A DNA stretch of 64,000 bases from Octopus vulgaris (taxonomy: Eukaryota). The stretch is taken from the NCBI GenBank assembly GCA_951406725.2, contig OX597824.1, positions 14,570,001 to 14,634,000 on the forward strand. The letters are read 5' to 3'. Within the stretch, counting starts at the first letter, position 1. The number at the start of each line of letters is the position of its first letter. Of the stretch, positions 1 to 12,518 are shown piece after piece. Under the pieces are notes generated by a model that searched no databases, was not told the origin of the DNA, and was given only the letters and a program-made list of their open reading frames with translations. A program made the translations under genes and the position numbers.

Positions 1-26
1 TGATGAAAACATAACAAGGGACTCAC

Positions 27-128
27 TTTAGCAGCTGATCAGTTTCCCCATAATCATCAAGGTAGGGAGCTGTTTGAAAACAGCCTTTGTTCTGGCCAGC
101 TAGCAAAAATATCTGACAATCACGTATT
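27..128 (-). CDS. UBR2: UBR1/2 exon (102 nt, probably penultimate)
   Basis: IRDCQIFLLAGQNKGCFQTAPYLDDYGETDQLLK|gtgagt; phase 2-2. Confidence 0.94.
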
Positions 129-214
129 CTACAAAGAAAGACCAAAAAAAAAAAAAAAAAAAATCAGCAAACAATTTCATAAAAACAATTATTTAATGTT
201 TATTAAACATTACC

Positions 215-432
215 TATTTCTTTTACTACCCACAAGGGGCCAAACACAGAAGGAACAAACGGATTAAGTCGATTAGATCAACCCCAGTACGTAACTGGTA
301 CTTATTTAATCGACCCTGAAAGGATGAAAGGCAAAGTCGACCTCGGCAGAATTTGAACTCAGAACGTAGTGGCAGACGAAATACTGCTAAACATTTCACC
401 CGGCGTGCTAACGTTTCTGCCAGTTCGCCGCC
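215..432 (-). mobile_element. SINE family A (tRNA-like head GGCGGCGAGCTGGCAGAA...GAGTTCAAATTCC)
   Basis: 15-bp TSD ttattaaacattacc (200-214/433-447); about ten copies in the window. Confidence 0.85.
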
Positions 433-1419
433 TTATTAAACATTACCATTATCAGTTTAATGTCACTTTTCTACATTGCTAAAACGGCCAGGACAACTTT
501 GTTAACCCTTTTGTTACGGTATTTATTTCAAGATGCTCTGTGTTTCTTTCAATTACTTTAAATATAACAAAGAATTTAGTAAAATAACTTAGTTATCATT
601 CAGCTAGTGCTAGGAACATAAATTGTGACCAAGGTTTGGTGGAAGATTTTAATTCAAAACTTATGAAAACAAGGCATTTGTACTCAGAGCCAAAGCCGAT
701 TTCAGGGATAAACAGCATGTTTGTTCCCATGAGTTCTGCATTATTGTACCTGCACTGTTTAAATTTCAGAAATTTGACTTCATCACCAACAACTCTACTG
801 CCAGAATGGCCTAATTCTTCAAGGAGCATTGTCCAGTGTCGCTAATGTTGTCCATAATAGTGTAGTCATCATCCTAACTGCATCAAATATGAGCTCACAA
901 AGGAGCCTCTGCACAGTCTATCTACTGAAAGCTAACACCCAACTTACTCTTCAATTACATTTTACAGTCTTAGAAAAAAAAATTTTAAAAAAAAGGACAT
1001 TTGAAAATTTTAGTCCTAGATACACTGTGTGAACAAAAGACAGAATGGCTAGAATGTCTTTGATTATAAGTTTGCAAGAACAGGTCTGACCTGAGATTAA
1101 GCAATAATACCCAAATGTTTTCAGGTTCCCCATTACAATTCAATATTGCGTATTTAGCAGACCAAACTGAATTCAGTCCACTACAGAGAAATAAACACGT
1201 CCCATAATCATACAGTTATTAGTTTATAATCAGACTGATACAGGGTTTATATACTGGTCTCAAATTTTGACACAAGGCCAGCAAGCTCAGGGGAAGGAGT
1301 AAGTCAATTACATCGACCCCAGTATGCAACTGGTACTTATTTTATCAACTGTGGAAGGATGAAAGACAAAGTCAATCTTGGTGGAATTTGAGAAGCCCAG
1401 TGTGCTAATGATTCTGTCA

Positions 1420-1833
1420 GCGGTGAACTGGCAGAATCGTTAGCACGCCAGGCAAAATGCTTAGCGGTATTTTGTCTGCCGTTACATTCTGAGTTCAAAT
1501 TCCACCAAGGTCGACTTTGCCTTTCATCCTTTTGAGGTCGATAAATTAAGTACCAGTTACGCACTGGGGTCGATGTAATCGACTTAATCCCTTTGTCTGT
1601 CCTTGTTTGTCCTCTCTGTGTTTAGCCCCTTGTGGGTAGTAAAGAAATAGGTATTTCGTCTGCTGTTATGTTCTGAGTTCAAATTCTGCCGAGGTCAACT
1701 TTGCCTTTCATCCTTTCGGGGTCGATAAATTAAGTACCAGTTACGCACTGGGGTCGATGTAATCGACTTAATCCGTGTGTCTGTCCTTGTTTGTCCCCTC
1801 TATGCTTAGCCCCTTGTGGGTGGCAAAGAAATA
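1420..1833 (+). mobile_element. SINE family A, head-to-tail dimer
   Basis: Two tandem copies of the family A body; boundaries approximate. Confidence 0.8.
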
Positions 1834-1965
1834 GGATTCTGTCAGCTCACAGCCTTATAGGGCTTATCTATTAAATTCACCTGCTTATCAACCATACAAT
1901 GGGACAGATTAGTATAAAATATAAATTCAATGACATTTGTGTATGCACATACAAGCCATATTTAC

Positions 1966-2136
1966 CTGAGGAATATCCCAATACCAGCACCGCAAACATG
2001 CGAGTGTGCAGTTGCTGCACCAACTAATTTTTTGTCCACTTCTACTTGACAGCAGTAGCTATGGGAACAGAGGACTTGACCACAGACAAGGCACATTGTT
2101 GGTACACGGCTCTCATCTCCAGATGACCGGGGACAG
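1966..2136 (-). CDS. UBR2: UBR1/2 exon (171 nt, C-terminal Cys-rich domain)
   Basis: CPRSSGDESRVPTMCLVCGQVLCSHSYCCQ...AHSHVCGAGIGIFLR; phase 2-2. Confidence 0.96.
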
Positions 2137-3289
2137 CTGTGGAAGGGGAGAAAAAAAACAAGATTACAAATAAACTGCATAACATTAGAACTGCAGAACA
2201 GTAAACAACCAACAATCCCAATCAGTAAACAACAGTGAACAATTGATTATTTCCAGCCTCTGGGTGTGATACATTAATATTTAGCTCCAATGTTTTACAG
2301 ATTGTTGCTTTCCAGACTCACCCATATGCGTGTACGTGTATATGTATGCATGCATAAATATCAATACATATACATAGGGAAAAAAGAGAGTGAAAGAGAG
2401 GAAGAGGGAGAAAGATAACAAGACAGAGAGACAGACAGACAGATAGATAGATATATAGTTAGCAAGCTAGATAGATAGATCGACAGACAGACAGACCGTC
2501 AGATAGACAGATAAACTGAGACAAAAATAGCTTAGCAACTGATCAAAAATTTCTATCAAAAGTTTGATGTCTATTATGTTTCTGAAATGCAAAAGGTAGG
2601 CCTTTTCGGTTGTTTGGGATGCTGCATGTAAAGAAATGTATTATCGTTGGTCGAAGAGCCGGATACGTTCTTGGGGTCTTAGAATATATTCTGGAATTCG
2701 ACGCTACTTCATTATCCAACGACTACTGGATATACAAAGGAAAGAAGACGAATCTGAAGTATGACTTGCCCCAACACCAATTCATACCAGTTTTATGTTA
2801 GTGTTTAATTCTTCAGCATTTAAACTGACCATATCCGGCCAAAAATATCCTATGTGTTTCGTGTTCAGACTGACCTGATCCAGCCTATCACACCTACTCT
2901 ACAATGTCATTTGAACAGTAAACAATCACATCATTGAAATCTCAAAGCTAAGAGATAATGCAGGATTAATTCAAAACAGTGTGAATAAATAAGCATTACA
3001 TTTGACAGGGGGAATCTGAACACTAAAGGATTAATAATGGCTGGATAAGTCGAAACACACTAATCTTCTGCTATACATCTTGACATCTAAACAGCTGAAA
3101 CCCCAAATCAGCCGTTGTTGGATAAATGTATCTGAGGGTGTTTCTAATTACAGAAAAAGGAATTTGAGCGGTTACTCTTGTATGTGTATATGTGTGCCCA
3201 TATTTAGGAAGATATTTTGAAAATAGATGGCAGATGTGATTAATTTATCTACTTTGTAGGGTTAGAGATGTATTAATAGTGGCAACTCA

Positions 3290-3975
3290 GACTGCAGCAT
3301 GGACAAAGATGTCTCCATGAGGCTTGCAAAAGCAGAAGCCTCACTTTAGCTGACTTAGGACACATGTGTGGGCCGAACGAGGCATCAGACTTTCCACCAA
3401 GCTGGCAGTCTATAGGGCAGTTGTCATCACATCTCTGCTCTACAGCGGTGGACGTGGACGCTGTATAAGAGGCAAATGCAAGTACTTGACCAGTTCAACC
3501 TCTGCTGCTTACGATGAATCATGGGAATTTCCTGGGAGAACAGAGTCTCCAACACCGAGGTGCTTCGCAGAGCCGAAACATCTGGGATCGAAGCCCTTAT
3601 CATGAAGGTCCAGCTCTGGTGGGTCGGACATGTAGTCCGAATGGTCGACGTACGTCTACCAAAGATGACCTTCTTCCCTGAGCTGGGTTCCGGAGCAAGA
3701 AACCCTGGAAGACCACTGAAGCGATTCAAGGAGAGCCTGAAAACTTCCCTTGAGGCCTGCAGCACCTGGCATCCAGCTGTCCAAAAAGGTGTTAGGCTGT
3801 TCGAGGAAAAGCACCTCAAGAGCCTGGACCCGAAGCGACAAGCCCGAAAAGAGAGGATCCCCAACCCTACTTCTGCTGTTACGTGCCCAACATGTGGCTG
3901 CATCAGCGCGTCCGCCTTTGGGCTCCGCTCCAACTTCAGGCGTCACTGACATCATTGTTGAACCCAACAGACTTC
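3290..3975 (+). mobile_element. RTE-clade (BovB-like) LINE 3' fragment, degenerate
   Basis: TKLAVYRAVVITSLLY, ISWENRVSNTEVL, QLWWVGHVVRM..RLPK, GRPLKRFKESLK, terminal CPTCG..H; has a frameshift and a stop. Confidence 0.88.
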
Positions 3976-4002
3976 CATTATAATATTGGCAATTAGACTT
4001 AC

Positions 4003-4140
4003 GTGTAACTTGAAACTTGATTCATTAGTTCACTGTAATCGTTAGGTAACTTGACCAAATGATTCAGCGGTAAAGGATATCTAATAATCTTCTGGTTACT
4101 TGCTGTGAAGTGGTCTTTGATGGATGGATGGCTGCACCAC
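4003..4140 (-). CDS. UBR2: UBR1/2 exon (138 nt)
   Basis: WCSHPSIKDHF...IRYPLPLNHLVKLPNDYSELMNQVSSYT; phase 2-2. Confidence 0.93.
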
Positions 4141-5103
4141 CTGTGGAAAGATACAAATTATGAAGAAACTGAAGAAACAACACATACATACATCCACACA
4201 TATAAATATTGTAGGTAGAGAAAGAGGAGCAGGCATGGTTGTATGGTTAAGAACTTCACTTCACAGCCTTGTGGTTTCGTGATTGGTCCAATTGTGTAAC
4301 ATCTTAGACGTTTACCATAATCTCCAGTTGATTAATGCAATGTGAATGGAATTGGTAGACGAAAACCATATTGAAGCTTGTGCGTGTGTATAAATGCTAG
4401 TTCTGCATGTTCCTCATTAACCGTGATCGACCAGGCTATCAGATGTTGCTACACATCGCTGGTCACAATGCGCTTTGCATTGTTTTAGTCTTCAAATGAC
4501 GCCACCCCGCTGGCTAAGCGAGCAGGCCAACAGAAGAAAGAGTGAGAGAGAGTTGTGGCGAAAGAGTACAGCAGGTGTTTTCACTCAATAAACACTCACA
4601 ACGCCTGGTCTGGGAATCGAAACTGCGATCCTACGACCGCAAGTCCGCTGCCTTAACTACAGGGCCATTGTGCCTCCACTCCTCATTAACACCAAGCAAA
4701 AAATAGTGACGTCCACATTCTCCAATAAACAAACAATCTGTAGTTCAGCAGACAAAAGCAGACCAGTAGAGTGAAAAATAGCCAACATGTAAAACAAGTA
4801 AGAGTTGGTGACAGGAAGAGCATCCGCTTGTAGAAAATCTGCTTCAATAAGTTTTTGTCTTACCTTAGCATGGAAGGTGGACATTAACTGATGATGATGG
4901 TTGGACTTCAAGCAATGTTAATAATTGTTAGCAGTGAAAGGCCAAACAAAGTTATCTTTGTTTAATTAAGTATTACATATGTTCATTAATTAGAGATTTT
5001 GATATGAATTTATAGAGGACCTAGTTTTAGAACAACGACATTTCTAAAAGGATTTATGTGAAAAAAAAAAAAAAAGCATTATTAAAAAGAAAGATTAACA
5101 AAC

Positions 5104-5212
5104 CTAGCCATGAGTTCAGAAATAATATCTCCTTGATTTTCAAATAATGTAGTCAATTTTGTAGGGAGGGCTAGAAATCGACAAATATATTCAAACTGGT
5201 TGCTGGAGTTCT
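5104..5212 (-). CDS. UBR2: UBR1/2 exon (109 nt)
   Basis: ENSSNQFEYICRFLALPTKLTTLFENQGDIISELMAR; phase 1-2. Confidence 0.91.
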
Positions 5213-6179
5213 CTGAAAGAGAGAGAGAGTGAGAGATAAAAAAATGTCAGGGCTTCTAACTTCTTGGCCAGAAATAGTACAACTATTAGTCTAATACAAA
5301 TAAAACAAAACATGAAACTCAATATTTCATTTTTGTGTTTGGTTTGCCAGATTCTTGATGTGAACTCATGTTGAAACATATTCTGCTGTATCTTGGGAGG
5401 GTCATAATGCCAATAATAAACACACACACAAGTATTATTTCACTTCTTTTACTATTATTATTATTATTAGTATGGTGGTAAGCTGGCAGAGTCATTAGCA
5501 TGCCAGGCAAAATGGTCAACAGCATTTCATCCGTCTTTATATGCTAAGTTTAAATTCCACTTTGCCTTCCAAGCCTTGAAGGTCACTAGAATAAGTATTG
5601 ATGAGCAATGGTGTCCATGTAACCAGCTTACCTCTCCTCAGAAAGTGCTAGCCTTGTGTCAAACTTTGAAACCATTATTATTATTATTATTATTATTATT
5701 GTTGTTGTTATTGTTATTATTATTAGTCAATTGGTTAATCATTTAACCAATTGACTAATCAATTGATTGGTCAATCAATCAGATAGATTTGTCAAAGTCC
5801 TTTTCTCACTATTTGTAATAAGCCCTCTCAACATCAGGTCTACTGAAGCAGACAAACCTACCCAATTGATGGATTCACTGAATGATTAATCAAAGCACAA
5901 CCTACTAGTTAATCAGTTAATAGTTAACCAATAGTTGACTAATAATAATAAAGGGAGTGAAATAGAAGCAGCGCATGTATTTATTATTCTTTTCTACTCA
6001 AGGTACAAGGCCCGAAATGGAGGGAGGAGTCGATTAGATCAACCCCCAGTACGCAACTGGTACTTAATTTATTGACCCCCCCACCCCGGATGAAAGGCAA
6101 AATTGATCTCAGTGGAATCTGAACCCAGAACATACAGGCAAAATATTGCTAAGCATTTCACCCAGCGTGATAACATTTA

Positions 6180-6410
6180 CTTCTTTATTGCCCACAAGGG
6201 GCTAAACATAGAGGGGACAAACAAGGACAGACACACGGATTAAGTCGATTACATCGACCCCCAGTGTGTAACTGTTACTTAATTTATCGACCCCGAAAGG
6301 ATGAAAGGCAAAGTCGACCTAGGCGGAATTTGAACTCAGAACGTAACGCTAGAAGAAATACCACTAAGCATTTCGCCCGGCGTGCTAACGTTTCTGCCAG
6401 CTCACCGCTT
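6180..6410 (-). mobile_element. SINE family A
   Basis: Matches 215-432; further copies near 15551-15950, 27451-27674, 33405-33632, 40768-40996, 53490-53720, 58305-58540. Confidence 0.8.
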
Positions 6411-6631
6411 TAGCGCATATATTTATTATTGGCATAACGTCTCTCCTGAGATACAACCAAATATTAATTGAATATTATCACAAATGTTTTTTTTTTTTTG
6501 AATTGACTTTACATAATTCATAAATTTTGTAATTTTACAATTTCAATCATACAAAATCAAGAAGTCGGTTTGGTTTTGTTCTCCAAAGTTTAGTTTCCTG
6601 TTTGTACCAAATGTTGTTATATGTTATTTAC

Positions 6632-6768
6632 CTTGAAGCTCAGGAGGTGTGGAAACTCCTGTAATGCAATGATACATAAGCGCGGCACATCGCAAGAAAG
6701 GCAGACAGGCTTGTTTGAGATGAGTGGCGAGTGTCCAAGGACATACTTCACACGCATCACAACTCAAT
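6632..6768 (-). CDS. UBR2: UBR1/2 exon (137 nt)
   Basis: LSCDACEVCPWTLATHLKQACLPFLRCAALMYHCITGVSTPPELQ; phase 2-1. Confidence 0.93.
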
Positions 6769-6887
6769 CTAGAGTAAATAGACAAGAACAAACGAAACAA
6801 GGAGTAAGAAGTCTGAAAGGAACAATAAAGCTCAACATAAAAATAGTTTGAGGAGCATAGACATGATGAACATGGAAGAAAAACAAT

Positions 6888-7297
6888 GGATCTTTTCGGT
6901 TTGACAGGCAGTTTTTAACATAATTTCTAGGTAACTAAAAAATTTTAAACTTCGTATACTGGTAGAATGTGTTTATAAAACATCTTTTTCTTTTGGCTTT
7001 ATTGAGAAAATTCTACAGTTTGTAAGTTATTTGTTGTTTTTTTTTCTTTAATTTCTGCAATTTCAACCAATCAATGACGTCTATTGAGTTAAAAAGCATT
7101 CTGTGCCGTATGAATATGTCCCTCGTTTAAGAAACAGATTGGGTTTATTTACATTTGTGAAGAAAAAAGATACCCTTCCCCCACCCCTAACCCTAAAATA
7201 GATTGAAATGCAATAGATCGATTCTAGGGTCATAATTATGGGTGACAATTTCATATGACACCGCTAGAAAAAACTGCTATTCAAACCGAAAAGATCC
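6888..7297. mobile_element. MITE / non-autonomous DNA transposon
   Basis: Terminal inverted repeats ggatcttttcggtttga...tcaaaccgaaaagatcc; no coding capacity; internal ccctaaccctaa. Confidence 0.75.
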
Positions 7298-7332
7298 AAA
7301 ATATTAAGTGGTAAATAACAAATGATAATTAC

Positions 7333-7408
7333 CCAGCCTTCTCCCTTAGTTTCTTGTAGATTGTCACCAAACCGTCATCATCAGTATCGCATTCCATTTC
7401 CATCATAT
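7333..7408 (-). CDS. UBR2: UBR1/2 exon (76 nt)
   Basis: DMMEMECDTDDDGLVTIYKKLREKAG; phase 1-2. Confidence 0.87.
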
Positions 7409-8626
7409 CTAAAAATATTTTTTAATATATTTTATATTAGAGAAACAGCTTAGAAATACAAGAATTGAAAGTTTAAGTATTCAGAAATGAGGGTTAGGTC
7501 TTTGTGACAGGTGATCACAGTTCGCCTTACTGGCACCTGTGCCGGTGACATGTGGAAAAAGATTCGAGCGAGGTTGTTGCCAGCACCGTCCCTGACTGGC
7601 TCCCGGTGCCGGTGGCATGTAAAAAGCACCCACTACACTCTCGGAGTGGTTGGCGTTAGGAAGGGCATCCAGCTGTAGAAACACTGCCAGATCAAGACTG
7701 GAGCCTGGTGCAGCCATCTGGTTCGCCAGTCCTCAGTCAAAATCGTCCAACCCATGCTAGCATGGAAAACGGACGTTAAACGACGAATGAACAGGTGTGG
7801 CTGTATGGTAAGTAGCTTGCTTCACAACTCCATGGCTCCAGGTTCACTCCCACTACATAGCACCTTGGGCAAGTGTCTTCTGCTATAGCTTTGGGCTGAC
7901 CAAAGCCTTTGAGTGGATTTGGTAGATGGAAAGTGAAAGAAGCCCATTGTCTGTGTGTGTGTGTGTCTTTGTTTGTTCCCAAACACCGCTTGATAACTGC
8001 TGTGTTTATGTCCCCATATCTTAGCTGATCAGCAAAAGGGGACAACTGAATAAGTATAACGCTTAAAAAAAAAATTTTTTAAATACTGGGGTCAATTCAC
8101 TTGACTAAAGGAGGTGCTCCAGCATGGCCGACTGAAATAAGTAAAAGAAAAATAAACACTTTTTAAAACTTCCTCCCTTATTGTTCCTTTCCCTCTTCCA
8201 CACTTCTCTTTTCTACATTCTTCTCAACTCCTCAACCTTTCTACTGGACTTACATTCCTTCTTCAAGCAATGGTCACCATGTAAAGATGCTCCACAAGGA
8301 CATTTTTACAAGGAGCAGCAGTCAGTCCTTTTATTTATTATTTTCTCTTTTTCCTTTCTGTTGAAGAGCATAGGCTTGAAACATAAAAACTTTCTCATTT
8401 TTCCCTAGCGTCAAACTAATACACCTGTTTGTTGTTCATACACCTGTCTTCATCTTTTGTTTTTCCATAAATGTCAACTATATATATATATATCACCATC
8501 ATCTTTAACATCTGTTTCCCATGCTGGCAAGCTGCACCAGGTTCCCATCTGATCTGGTTTGGTTTATATGGCTAGATGCCCTTCCACTCTAGTGTGTGCT
8601 GGATGCTTTTTAATGTGACACTGGCA

Positions 8627-8672
<46 letters not shown>

Positions 8673-8675
<3 letters not shown>

Positions 8676-9208
8676 GGTGTCCCCAAAAAATGTATACACA
8701 CCTTAAATAATTGTAAATTTGGGGTTTATTATAATTCGAATAATTTTCAACATGTAAAAGAATTTACAAATATCATTCTATTGTCTTGTTATCGCATGTT
8801 CTCAAACTGATGTCCGTTCTGCTCCAGACACTATCGACAACGCGAAGCGATGGAATGGCACACATCATGGAACAGTTCCCTTGGGATATTCGTACATTCA
8901 TGTTCAATGGTTGCCCTCAATTGAACGACTGTTGCAGGTTTCTGTGCGTAGACTTTGTCCTTTAGGTATCCCCATAAAAAGAAGTCTAGTGGTGTGAGGT
9001 CTGGTGAACGTGGAGGGTATTCGACAAAACCTCTCCGTCCAATCCACCTGTTTGGCAAGATCCCATCAAGAAAGGATCTAACATCGCGATGGTACTGTGG
9101 AGGTGCCCCATCTTGCTGGAAATAAAACTCTTCCTGTTCAAAGTCCTCTCTAATGCTTGGCATGACAGACTGTTGCAGCAAGTGTATACATTTTTTTGGG
9201 ACACCCTG
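8673..9208 (-). mobile_element. Internally deleted Tc1/mariner transposon, DD41D type
   Basis: TIRs cagggtgtccc(c)aaaaaatgtatacac, TA flanks; transposase fragment QQDGAP...SPDLTPLDFFLWG with 41 aa between the two Asp residues. Confidence 0.9.
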
Positions 9209-9245
9209 TATATATAAAGAAAGAGATAAACATGCACACACATAC

Positions 9246-9479
9246 CTTGTGACTCTGGTTCATAGACAAGGAGAATCTGAACCAAGTGAGCAGTGAGAAC
9301 CAATTGCAGGGCATGCTGATCATTGAGGCTGCCTGTGGGGAACGTAGTAAGCAGTGAAGTTTGCCCCTCAGCATAGAGAGTTGGCAACGACATTACCAAC
9401 ACAGTTAAGTAGTGAAACATATCTAAGTCAAGAATGCAGGGTGGTTCATGTTTTTTCTCCAAACCATCAGGAATTAATG
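9246..9479 (-). CDS. UBR2: UBR1/2 exon (234 nt)
   Basis: ALIPDG...PCILDLDMFHYLTVLVMSLP...LQLVLTAHLVQILLVYEPESQ; phase 1-1. Confidence 0.93.
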
Positions 9480-9926
9480 CTGGAAAAGAAAACAAGAAAA
9501 CATCAAAATCATGTTTTCCAAATGGTTGATCAAATATCAGAAACGAGAATATAAAATGTCAAAGATAAAAGATATATAATTCAAATATTAAAGGAACTTC
9601 CGAATCTACCTGTTTTTGAATTTTTTGTTTTTACTCAATTAGTCTGATTATATTAATTAATATAGCTCTAAAGCTAGTTCATGGAGAACTCTAGTGGATT
9701 CCTGCTTTGCAATACATTCCTGATATATTTTGAGAAACAGAGTGCATAGTGTGTGTGTGTGTAACAGGTCACTTTCAGTTTCTGTCTACTAAATTCATTT
9801 ACAAGGCTTTGGTTAACTTGGGGATGTAGAGGATATTTGCCCAAGGTGCCATGCAGAGGGACTGGACTTCAGACCATGATTGGTAGGCAAACTTCTCAAT
9901 CATACAACCACGCCTGAACACTACTA

Positions 9927-9966
<40 letters not shown>

Positions 9967-10360
9967 ATTAAAATAAACAGAGGTTAAAGTCGCTCGACTA
10001 CTGACCACATGGTTATAAATTTAGATTTTACTAATCACTGTATTGTTGTTGTTGTTGTCCTCCTGAATAAAACACACAACTGTTTATTCCAGCTTTCTTG
10101 ACAAAACCAGGCATTTCAGCCATAACCCTTCCATCTTTTCTCAAAGATGGTAAATGTAACATCATCCTGTATATCTTTCCTTTTAAAGATAGTTGCATGT
10201 GATTTAAGAGAATTGGATCCTTTGAGAGACTAGCAGAGGCAAGACCATTGGAAAGCTGCTACACAGTCGAGTTGGTTGAGCTGCTAGAAATAACACCTAA
10301 ATTTCCATCAAATCACACCCTTCTTAGGAAAAAGGACACACAGGCACAGGAGTGGCTGTG

Positions 10361-10366
<6 letters not shown>

Positions 10367-10391
<25 letters not shown>

Positions 10392-10668
10392 TGTGTACAG
10401 TGCTCAGGTGCACTACAACTCATCTAGAGTGTATATATAATCAGGTGTAGTTTCGGCGGATTTCGGAAAGCATGAGGGCCTTAAAGGATGCAGTGTCATG
10501 GCAGTCAACAACTGACGCAGGCAGTTTATTCCATGCTTCAGCAACTCTGAGCGTGAAAAAATGTTTCCGAAAGTCACGGGAGCTGTGTTGTTTTCTGACT
10601 TTGTAGGCATGTCCACGTGTGTTAGACACATGGAGATCAAAAAGGTGTTCAGTGTTGTTGTTGGTGAG
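10367..10668 (-). mobile_element. CR1-like LINE 3' end nested inside a family B SINE (10343-11008)
   Basis: TRGHAYKVRKQ..RKHFFTLRVAEAWNKLP; (TTA)n tail; TSD gtggtaa (10360-10366/10669-10675). Confidence 0.85.
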
Positions 10669-11129
10669 GTGGTAAGTAGCTTGCTTTCCAACCAAATGGT
10701 TCTGGGTTCAGTCCCACTGAGTGGCACCTTCGGCAAGTGTCTTCTACTATAGCCTCAGGCCGACCAAAGCCTTGTGAGTGGATTTGGTAGATGGAAACTG
10801 AAAGAAGCCCGTCGTATATATGTATATATATATGTGTGTGTGTATATGTTTGTGTGTCTGTGTTTGTCCCCTCAACATCGCTTGACAACCGATGCAGGTG
10901 TGTTTACGTATTCCGTAACTTAGCGGTTCGGCAAAAGGGACCGGTAGAATAAGGCGGTGCTCCAGCATGGCCACAGTCAAATGACTGAAACAAGTAAAAG
11001 AGTAAAGAGACAGAGAGAGAGAGTATAGAATAAGGTAGTTTTGGATACCCTATGCCTTAAAAATGTAGGGATGGTCATGGCTTGAACACGTTAGGTCTGA
11101 ACTGGTACTAAACAGCAACAAGAACAAGC

Positions 11130-11529
11130 ATCTCCAAATACATGGGAAGCACTCCGTCGGTTACGACGACGAGGGTTCCGGTTGATCCGAATCAACGGAA
11201 CAGCCTGCTCGTGAAATTAACGTGCAAGTGGCTGAGCACTCCACAGACACGTGCACCTTTAACGTAGTTCTCGGGGATATTCAGCGTGACACAGAGAGTG
11301 ACAAGGCCGGCCCTTTGAAATACAGGTACAACAGAAACAGGAAGTAAGAGTGAGAGAAAGTTGTGGTGAAAGAGTACAGCAGGGATCACCACCATCCCCT
11401 GCCGGAGCCTCGTGGAGCTATTAGGTGTTTTCGCTCAATAAACACTCACAATGCCCGGTCTGGGAATCGAAACCGCGATCCTATGACCGCGAGTCCGCTG
11501 CCCTAACCACTGGGCCATTGCGCCTCCAC
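11130..11529 (-). mobile_element. SINE family E (tRNA-like head GGCCCAGTGGTTAGGGCAGCGGACTCGCGG)
   Basis: A/B-box-like head shared with family D; related copy near 4415-4679. Confidence 0.75.
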
Positions 11530-11743
11530 TTCTCCAAATATAAACCACTGTCTAGAGACAGAAATCTTTTGTTGCCAACACAGGTAAACAGATGTGAACT
11601 ATGTGTATTCAGGAGTCAAAAATAGATGATTTCATTCAAGAAATTTACTCCCCACCACCACCACCACCACCACCACCACCACTTAACGCTTCATGGAATT
11701 GAAAATACTGATGATATCTGAAGAGCATCGTTAAGGTTTTTAC

Positions 11744-11896
11744 CTGTTAACAATCGTATGCAATGTTGCTTGACTGTGTCTGCAGACATCACCTGGCTAC
11801 AAACCGCAGCAAACTTCACTAGTGCAACTAAACAGTCAGAACGACGACTGGGTAACGAACCAAACAACGGCTTGTTGTTGTGTTGCAAGCTTTGTT
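11744..11896 (-). CDS. UBR2: UBR1/2 exon (153 nt)
   Basis: EQSLQHNNKPLFGSLPSRRSDCLVALVKFAA...KQHCIRLLT; phase 1-1. Confidence 0.93.
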
Positions 11897-12008
11897 CTGA
11901 AAAAGAAAAACGGGGTGTTTTGTGAGACAAAAAATTCATTTCCACTCAAATGGGCGAAACACTCAAGAAAATAACAGAATATTATTAAGAAAATAACAGC
12001 ATCAGTAC

Positions 12009-12096
12009 CTATTACTTGAATTGTGTAGGCACAGGTATTCCAAACCATGATAGGAACACAAGGATTCTCACCATCAGGCTCCTTTGCTAATCCAAA
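12009..12096 (-). CDS. UBR2: UBR1/2 exon (88 nt)
   Basis: FGLAKEPDGENPCVPIMVWNTCAYTIQVI; phase 0-1. Confidence 0.93.
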
Positions 12097-12140
12097 CTAA
12101 AAAAAAATAAATAAAAAAGACAATTTTGAATTATTTAAAA

Positions 12141-12518
12141 TCTCTATATAAACGGCAAAATGTCTGTTTGTGTGTGTGTGTGTGTGTGTGTTCTTTATAC
12201 AAATCCGCAATTTTTCAGTTAGAGGGCTTGCACTTTCTATGCTCATTCAAAACCATCCAAGGGTGGTCGTGCACATCTTCACATTTCCCCAGTCACCCCG
12301 CAAAGCCATTAAAAAATCAATAGAAGTGACTTTTTTGTGAATTTTCTACCTAAACCCCAATCAAAATGCCTGAAACTTGATACGCCAATTGAATGCCAGC
12401 TAGCTGTATGTGATTGGTTGGAGATTTGGACAGTACTCGCGTATGTGCGCACGCACGCATGCAGCTGTATATGCATGCACTAGCACTATGACCCGGCGTT
12501 GCTGGGTCATAGTGCTAG
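12141..12518 (+). mobile_element. Non-autonomous Helitron-like element
   Basis: A|TC start, GC-rich subterminal hairpin (gacccggcgttgctgggtc), CTAG|T end, no TSD. Confidence 0.78.

Noticed and set aside
2610-2801. CpG-richer 63-aa ORF and a minus-strand acceptor-like site
   Set aside because: No recognisable protein similarity; the minus-strand reading stops within a few codons.
7184-7196. Telomere-like ccctaaccctaa
   Set aside because: Only two units, internal to a TIR-bounded element.
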